Part shown: one piece after another, positions 27,349 to 32,764 of the stretch
Layout of the letters: each line of letters opens with the position of its first letter
Position numbering within the stretch: the first letter of the stretch is position 1
Source of the DNA: Elusimicrobiota bacterium
GTDB taxonomy: Bacteria; Elusimicrobiota; Endomicrobiia; Endomicrobiales; JBDRNC01
Assembly: GCA_043811535.1 (NCBI GenBank)
Contig: JBDRNC010000031.1
Location: forward strand, 1-32,764
Direction of reading: 5' to 3'
Length of the DNA: 32,764 nucleotides
Program-made: the position numbers and the translations under genes
The notes under the pieces: model-generated
The model's database searches: none
Seen by the model: the letters and a program-made list of their open reading frames with translations, nothing else
Told to the model about the DNA's origin: nothing

Positions 27349-28170
27349 ATGATTAAGTTATCCCATACCATTGAAATTGGTACGGTAAGGGTTTGTTTGC
27401 TTTGCCCGTCGGTTTTTTGGGCAAAGCTTATCAAAACGAATTACGCGCCGTATCTCATATCAGCAAAGATTAAACGCCCCGATGCCGTTGTCCTTCTAGA
27501 TCCTTCCGCGTTAAAAGCAGAAAAAACCGGCAAAGTCACGGTCAGCTCAACCGGCGGAAAAACCAGCATATCACGTTCAGACTTTGATTTAATTTCAAAT
27601 GACGGCTTAACGCGCGCGGTTTTACGCTGCGCGAAAAACAAATATTCCTTTGATTCATGGTTAAGGGTTTTTCTGACGCTTCTCGGCCTGAAAAAATCAT
27701 CCGTGCTCGTGCACGCCTCGGGTCTTCATGTCAATAAATCGGTCTTCCTTTTTCCGGGCGTTTCCGGAAGCGGAAAATCCTCAATAACAAGGATCTTCGG
27801 CAGGCGGAACGCTTTAAGCGACGAAATAGTCATGCTTCAAGCCGGAAAAAATGTAAATGCCGCAAGCACCCCGTTCTGGGGGGAACTGAAGAAAGGCACC
27901 GGTCATATTTTCAACTCCGGCTTAAGGGGCGTATTCTTCATCAAACACGGAAAAAAACTGTCGGCAGCCAGGCTAACGCCCGGCCAGGCGCTTAAGAAGC
28001 TGTTATCAACCGTTCTTTTCTTCTCAAAAGAAAGCGCGCATGTCAAGAAACTTCTTGCGCTCGCCGCGAGGATATCCGGCGCGGTTCCGGCATACGACCT
28101 TTCTTTCTCCCTGAATGTCAAAAGAAATGAGCTTATCAAGTTTTTAAAGGAAAGATATGGTCAAATTTAG
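27349..28170 (+). CDS. HPr-kinase-related P-loop protein (ScmC-like) of the RiPP cluster
   Basis: LVHASG, Walker A GVSGSGKSS, LSDE, TPFWGE. Stop overlaps the PqqD start. Start moved to 27349 because upstream is repeat. Confidence 0.8.
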   Translation: MIKLSHTIEIGTVRVCLLCPSVFWAKLIKTNYAPYLISAKIKRPDAVVLLDPSALKAEKTGKVTVSSTGGKTSISRSDFDLISNDGLTRAVLRCAKNKYSFDSWLRVFLTLLGLKKSSVLVHASGLHVNKSVFLFPGVSGSGKSSITRIFGRRNALSDEIVMLQAGKNVNAASTPFWGELKKGTGHIFNSGLRGVFFIKHGKKLSAARLTPGQALKKLLSTVLFFSKESAHVKKLLALAARISGAVPAYDLSFSLNVKRNELIKFLKERYGQI

Positions 28171-28426
28171 GAAATTACCGGAACTGGCTTACAGGACGAT
28201 AAACGGAAAGGCGTATATCGTCAACCCGAAGGACTCCACGCTTCATGAATTGAACGAAACAGGAACTTTTATATGGGAACTGCTGGAGTCTCCCGCGGGC
28301 GAAAAAGAAATATCCGCAAAACTGGCGGCGGAATACCGTATTCCGCGCTCAAAAGCGCGGGAAGACGCCGTAAAATTCCTGTCATCCCTGAAAAGGAAAA
28401 AACTCCTGGCAACAACCGATGAATAG
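28157..28426 (+). CDS. PqqD family RiPP recognition element (RRE)
   Basis: 89 aa, LHELNETGTFIWELL..EI..KLAAEY....A.ED...FL..L...LL pattern. Confidence 0.92.
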   Translation: MVKFRKLPELAYRTINGKAYIVNPKDSTLHELNETGTFIWELLESPAGEKEISAKLAAEYRIPRSKAREDAVKFLSSLKRKKLLATTDE

Positions 28427-29444
28427 TATCTCCGCGCAGGCAACTCCATTCAACAGCCTTTTTAACAAAACATACCGCTCACGAATTCCGGTGGCCTGCA
28501 CGCTGGAACTCACTAAAAACTGCAATCTGCGGTGCAGGCATTGCTACCTGGATTTCCGTAAAAAAAGCGTGGGTGAACTGTCGACGGCGCAGGTCAAGAA
28601 AATCCTTAACCAGCTTGCGGCCGCCGGCGCGTTATACCTGGTCTTCACCGGCGGGGAAATCTTCCTGAGAAAGGATATCTTTGAGCTCTGCGAATACGCC
28701 CGCCGCCTGAAATTCAGCCTGAGAATCTTTACGAACGGCACTTTGATTACAGAAAATACTGCCCGGAAGATCTCGGAAACCGGCGTTTCCGCGGTGGAAA
28801 TAAGCCTTTACGGAAGAAAAAACACTCACGAATCCATAACCCGGGCAAAAGGCTCCTTTGAAAAAACGATGCGCGCCGTCAAATTGCTGGCGAAATTCAA
28901 TGTGCCGGTCGTGATAAAATGCCCGATTATCACAATGAATATCTGCGATTACGCGTGGCTCAAATCAACGGCAAATAAACTTAAAGTAAAACTTCAATTA
29001 GACCCGATTATTGCCCCAAAAAACAACGGGAATAAAAGCGTCTTAAAGTATCGCCTGTCTCCCGTAAATCTCAGAAAGATCCTCAAAAAAGAGTTGCCGC
29101 CTGAAAAAATCGTAGAGAGCAAAAACACGGACCTTTTATGCAGCGCGGGCCGGAATCTTGTCGCGGTCAATTCAAGCGGTATGGTATATCCGTGCCTCCA
29201 ACTTCTCATTCCTTTGGGCAATATCAAAAAAAGCGATTTCAATACTATCTGGAGCATGAAAAACAAAGCGGTTTCAGGGCTCATGGGCGTTAAACCCAAA
29301 ATGCTTCTTGCTTGCGGCAAGTGCAAACTCGTTTCATACTGCCAAAGATGTCCGGGACTCGCGTTTTTAGAGGACAAAAGCCTTTTAGGGCCGAACAAAA
29401 TTGCTTGCAAAATAGCCGAAATAAGGAAAAACCTGTCATTTTGA
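28419..29444 (+). CDS. Radical SAM/SPASM peptide maturase
   Basis: CNLRCRHC, FTGGE, TNG. SPASM cysteines CSAG...G.VYPC...CGKC.....CQRC...C. Confidence 0.92.
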   Translation: MNSISAQATPFNSLFNKTYRSRIPVACTLELTKNCNLRCRHCYLDFRKKSVGELSTAQVKKILNQLAAAGALYLVFTGGEIFLRKDIFELCEYARRLKFSLRIFTNGTLITENTARKISETGVSAVEISLYGRKNTHESITRAKGSFEKTMRAVKLLAKFNVPVVIKCPIITMNICDYAWLKSTANKLKVKLQLDPIIAPKNNGNKSVLKYRLSPVNLRKILKKELPPEKIVESKNTDLLCSAGRNLVAVNSSGMVYPCLQLLIPLGNIKKSDFNTIWSMKNKAVSGLMGVKPKMLLACGKCKLVSYCQRCPGLAFLEDKSLLGPNKIACKIAEIRKNLSF

Positions 29445-29577
29445 CGAGTGACAAAAGTCACACCGCACGCCTTGCCTTCCCAATTATTCCTTTAATATAC
29501 CGCTTCGACGGAAAAAAAAGGCCTTTTCAGGCCGTTTTTTCACACAAAATTCTATAAAATCTAAAACAAAATACTTG

Positions 29578-29606
29578 TTGAAATTGCTTTATTTTTGAGG
29601 TATAAT
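29578..29606 (+). promoter_or_regulatory. Near-consensus sigma70 promoter for the precursor peptide gene
   Basis: TTGAAA (29578-29583)-17 bp-TATAAT (29601-29606) with an AT-rich upstream tract. Confidence 0.7.
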
Positions 29607-29632
29607 TGTATTACTACTATCAGGCGGTAATT

Positions 29633-29779
29633 ATGGCAAAAAAAAACAAGAAACCCTACGTCAAACCGTCCGTGAAATCGGAAAAAATCATCGAAACAGC
29701 GGCGCTTGCCTGCGGAAAATGCATCGCAGGAAATCCGATTTACCAGGCGGCTTGCAAGTCGTACAAAAAATTCTCTTGA
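29633..29779 (+). CDS. 48-aa putative RiPP precursor peptide (not in ORF track)
   Basis: AGGCGG RBS. Translation MAKKNKKPYVKPSVKSEKIIETAALACGKCIAGNPIYQAACKSYKKFS, with a YxxPxV RRE-binding-type leader and Cys27/30/41. Confidence 0.85.
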   Translation: MAKKNKKPYVKPSVKSEKIIETAALACGKCIAGNPIYQAACKSYKKFS

Positions 29780-29899
29780 ATAAAACGCTTAATGGAAACC
29801 GTTGACAAAGTCCTCAACGGCACTGTGTAATCGTTTAAGAATCAGTGTAATCAGAGTTGACAAACCTTCCGCCGTTTCTTACCAGGTTCAATTCAGTTT

Positions 29900-32764
29900 A
29901 TGGCAGAAATCCTGGTCAAAAACACCATCGGCGGCTCAATGAGACCTGCTCTTAAAAACGGGCAACCGGTCCGGGCCGAGTTTTTGCCGTTTGATTCTTT
30001 CCGCACAGGCGACATGGTCCTTTACAAAAAAGAAAACAACCACTACATCCACCGCATAATCCGTAAAAAGCCGGATTATTTTATTGTAGACGGTGATTCA
30101 GCCGTAACATCCCAGCACAATGTCTATCCCGGGGAGATTTTAGGCCGGCCGGTCTCGTTTTTCAACGGCCTTCCCGGCCTTATTTTGGGAAATATATCCA
30201 ATCTCGCCTTCAAACTCGGTCGAAAACTGAAAAGTTTCGTCCTTTCCTTCCGTTTTCTGTCGCTTTTGTTTTTAACTTCCGTCTTCCTTCTTCCTTCTCC
30301 CGTCTCGCTTTACGCGGTTGTCCGCGTAAAGACAGTAGAATGGAACTTCGGCTCCTACTATTCCGCAAACAGTATCGCCTCCGGTTCTCCATGGACGCCT
30401 CCTTACATTACGGTTAACCTGCCCGACGCGATAGCCACTTCGCCCATCAAGAACGCCTATCTTGAAATTGAATATCTTACTACCACAAACAAAGGCGCGA
30501 GCACCACTAATATTGATGTTTTCTTTTCCACTGGAACGGCAGCGGGGGGCCCGGTAGACAGCATCGGCGGCGGAAACATACCGTCGACATCGAGAGAAAC
30601 CGATTTATTGAACATCAAAGTGGATGTCACGTCTAAAATCGCCTATTGGTCGTCTCAGGCGTACAGCATGGCCGTAAGCATAACAGGCCCCACAAGCAAT
30701 ATGCATTCCGCGAAATTGTATATCACGTACTATTACGATGACGACCCGGCCGTCAAGGCAACCCAGATAAAGACCGTCAGGTTCCCGCTGTTTTCCAACT
30801 CCGCGAACGGCATATCGGGCGTGGCGTCTTCGGAAAGCCAGCTGACATTAGGCGCTACTTTCACCTACTACGCCGAAATTCCGGAAACCGGAGCGTCCAT
30901 CAAGCAGGCATGGTTTGAGATAAGAGGCCTGAATCAAGCCAGCGGTTCCACAAATAACGGGTTTATTAACTGTAATATCCTTACTTTCGGCAAGGAAGCG
31001 ATGATGACCTTTTCTGGAGTGAATACGGATTCTTATAGGTACAGATACCTTACCTCCACCGGCATTCCGGCAGGCTTTTCAACTACCGGCATGCAGAGTT
31101 TGAACGTGTCTTTGTCAGGGAACGCGGCATCAAACGTATTGGGAGGCGAAGTTGTCATAACGTACGAATTCCCGGCTTCAGCCGGAACTAAGCTCAAAAC
31201 AGTCAGCTACTTTTTGTGCCAGTCGAGCGATACGGCGGGATCGCCCGTGGATTTCACGGTTCCGACATTCCTAAGAGAAGTAGGTATAACGATAAAAAGA
31301 ATTTACGCGTTCATAAGGGGTTCCTATGATTCTACGTCCTCGTACTCGCTGCCCATAAACTCGAAAATCGCCGGGAACAGCCTGACATCAAGGAGCTATC
31401 CTCTCATAATTACCAACGTCATCAATTCAGGATTTGAATTATATCATGATATGAGCGAGGGAAGGTCCTATTGGGTTGACGGCTCAACCGTGAATATCAG
31501 CTGGACCGATTCTTCCGCGCTTGGAAGCCTGGGGATGGAACTGGTGATAACCTACACGTATACCTCTGAAGGAAAGTTCACGGATTTTTACCGCGTTTTC
31601 GCGGGACAGACGCCTTTTCAACAAGCGGCCGGCGCGACATATGATAGTTCTTTCAGCGTATTCTTCCCGGATCCGGAAACCCCCGTAGGCATCAAAACCT
31701 TGCGCTCGGCCTTTTTAACCGCCAACTTCATTCAAGGGAACACCTCTGTATCGCAGGACCCGGGTACCACTGTGAATGTAAACTCCGCGGCAGGCGAAGC
31801 CCGGATGTCTTATCATAACTCGCTGACTGAAAATTTCCAGGCGGGAGTGGTGTATGATTTTACCAAAAGGATTTCGCCGTCAAGCACCACGGCAACGGCA
31901 AATTACAGCCTGAACTCCGACCCGTATAACGTGTCCGGAGCGGCAAATATACTATACGGATACATGCCCGTGCCCATCATACCCGCGTCACTTGCCCAGT
32001 ACAAATCAGACGGAGCAACCGCCGTGCAGACCGGCGGATTCACAAACGAGAACGGAGCCCGTTTCAAGTTTACTATGAGCAGCAGGTTCAGCGGCGACGT
32101 CCTATATCCTGTCATAGAAATAAAACCCGCAATTTCCAGCTTTGACGGACTCAATCTTTCCACAGGCGCGCCCCAGGCTTATTCCGGAAGCCCCTTGAAT
32201 GCCGATATCTTTGTAAGCACCGGGCAGCAGCAGTACCAGTGGCGCGCTTCCGTTTACGGAACAGGCGGCAGGTCAAGCTGGGTCAATTATTCTACTCCGG
32301 GCACGACACATTTCGGCATTGACCTTTCAAGCCCGGCGGCGCCGGCGCTTTCAAATCCTTTAAGCGGCGCGGCCACCAACTACAGCACTCCCCGGTTTAC
32401 GTGGCAATCCGTGTCTGACACCGGCGGCTCGGGAACGAAAGATTACCTTCTTCAGATTTCCACTTCATCCAATTTTATCCCGGTGTACATGAGTTCGCAG
32501 ACAGCGCTTACCTCGGCAAGGACTTCGCAGATAACCCAAAAATTATACTGGTGGAGGGTATGTGCTAACGATAACGCCGGAAACACAGGCGTATTTTCCA
32601 GCACATGGACCGTGATAGTGGACACGACTCCGCCGACGGCCGTATCCACATTGAACAATCCTATAAACAATTACACCACAAACCAGATGACGCTTTCCTT
32701 CTCGTGGGCGGGCGTTACGGACCTGCCCGCCGGCGTCACTACATATACTCTGCAGATTTCCACG
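29900..32764 (+). CDS. Large 3'-truncated protein: S24/S26-type peptidase domain + internal signal/TM + 4 beta-rich repeats + FN3/Ig-like repeats (not in ORF track)
   Basis: Translated by hand: 955 codons with no stop to the window end. GGSMRP (Ser13), GDMVLY, YIHRII (His51), DGD, ILGR, hydrophobic aa ~113-139 ending LYA, then YWWRVCANDNAGN..VDTTPP modules. Confidence 0.85.
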   Translation, partial: MAEILVKNTIGGSMRPALKNGQPVRAEFLPFDSFRTGDMVLYKKENNHYIHRIIRKKPDYFIVDGDSAVTSQHNVYPGEILGRPVSFFNGLPGLILGNISNLAFKLGRKLKSFVLSFRFLSLLFLTSVFLLPSPVSLYAVVRVKTVEWNFGSYYSANSIASGSPWTPPYITVNLPDAIATSPIKNAYLEIEYLTTTNKGASTTNIDVFFSTGTAAGGPVDSIGGGNIPSTSRETDLLNIKVDVTSKIAYWSSQAYSMAVSITGPTSNMHSAKLYITYYYDDDPAVKATQIKTVRFPLFSNSANGISGVASSESQLTLGATFTYYAEIPETGASIKQAWFEIRGLNQASGSTNNGFINCNILTFGKEAMMTFSGVNTDSYRYRYLTSTGIPAGFSTTGMQSLNVSLSGNAASNVLGGEVVITYEFPASAGTKLKTVSYFLCQSSDTAGSPVDFTVPTFLREVGITIKRIYAFIRGSYDSTSSYSLPINSKIAGNSLTSRSYPLIITNVINSGFELYHDMSEGRSYWVDGSTVNISWTDSSALGSLGMELVITYTYTSEGKFTDFYRVFAGQTPFQQAAGATYDSSFSVFFPDPETPVGIKTLRSAFLTANFIQGNTSVSQDPGTTVNVNSAAGEARMSYHNSLTENFQAGVVYDFTKRISPSSTTATANYSLNSDPYNVSGAANILYGYMPVPIIPASLAQYKSDGATAVQTGGFTNENGARFKFTMSSRFSGDVLYPVIEIKPAISSFDGLNLSTGAPQAYSGSPLNADIFVSTGQQQYQWRASVYGTGGRSSWVNYSTPGTTHFGIDLSSPAAPALSNPLSGAATNYSTPRFTWQSVSDTGGSGTKDYLLQISTSSNFIPVYMSSQTALTSARTSQITQKLYWWRVCANDNAGNTGVFSSTWTVIVDTTPPTAVSTLNNPINNYTTNQMTLSFSWAGVTDLPAGVTTYTLQIST

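Noticed and set aside
29699..29713. ALAC as a lipoprotein lipobox
   Set aside because: The preceding segment is charged and lacks a hydrophobic h-region.
29633..29779. Lasso peptide or PqqA interpretation
   Set aside because: No Asp/Glu acceptor in the core and no lasso cyclase or B2 protease in the window. No ExxxY motif and no pqqB/C.

Overview
Bacterial chromosomal segment, about 50% GC in coding regions with AT-rich, repeat-laden spacers. Gene style and repeat content suggest an Elusimicrobiota-like organism (inference only). Most of it is housekeeping: lipA, a Spy/CpxP-like protein, alaS, ybaB/ebfC, tRNA-Arg(CCG), a LOG-family protein, dtd, sppA, Yip1, a PflX-like radical SAM, a GT-C-like membrane protein, a PLD, MEMO1, nnrE, an M16 peptidase pair, a complete Opp/Dpp-type ABC transporter, a tRNA nucleotidyltransferase that looks like a CC-adding enzyme, tRNA-Gly(CCC) and an HD-GYP protein. 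The last ~5.4 kb hold the main discovery, an apparent RiPP system: an HPr-kinase-like P-loop protein, a stand-alone PqqD/RRE, a radical SAM/SPASM enzyme and two ORFs absent from the ORF track. The first is a 48-aa precursor with a YxxP leader and a 3-Cys core (29633-29779). The second is an ORF of at least 955 codons running off the window end (29900->32764) that fuses an S26-type Ser/His peptidase domain, via an internal signal/TM segment, to a large repetitive extracellular protein. Also notable are probable leaderless promoters, a tRNA-Gly 3'-end duplication enclosing a mini-element, a recurrent structured scaffold motif and many heptamer/octamer inverted-repeat elements.
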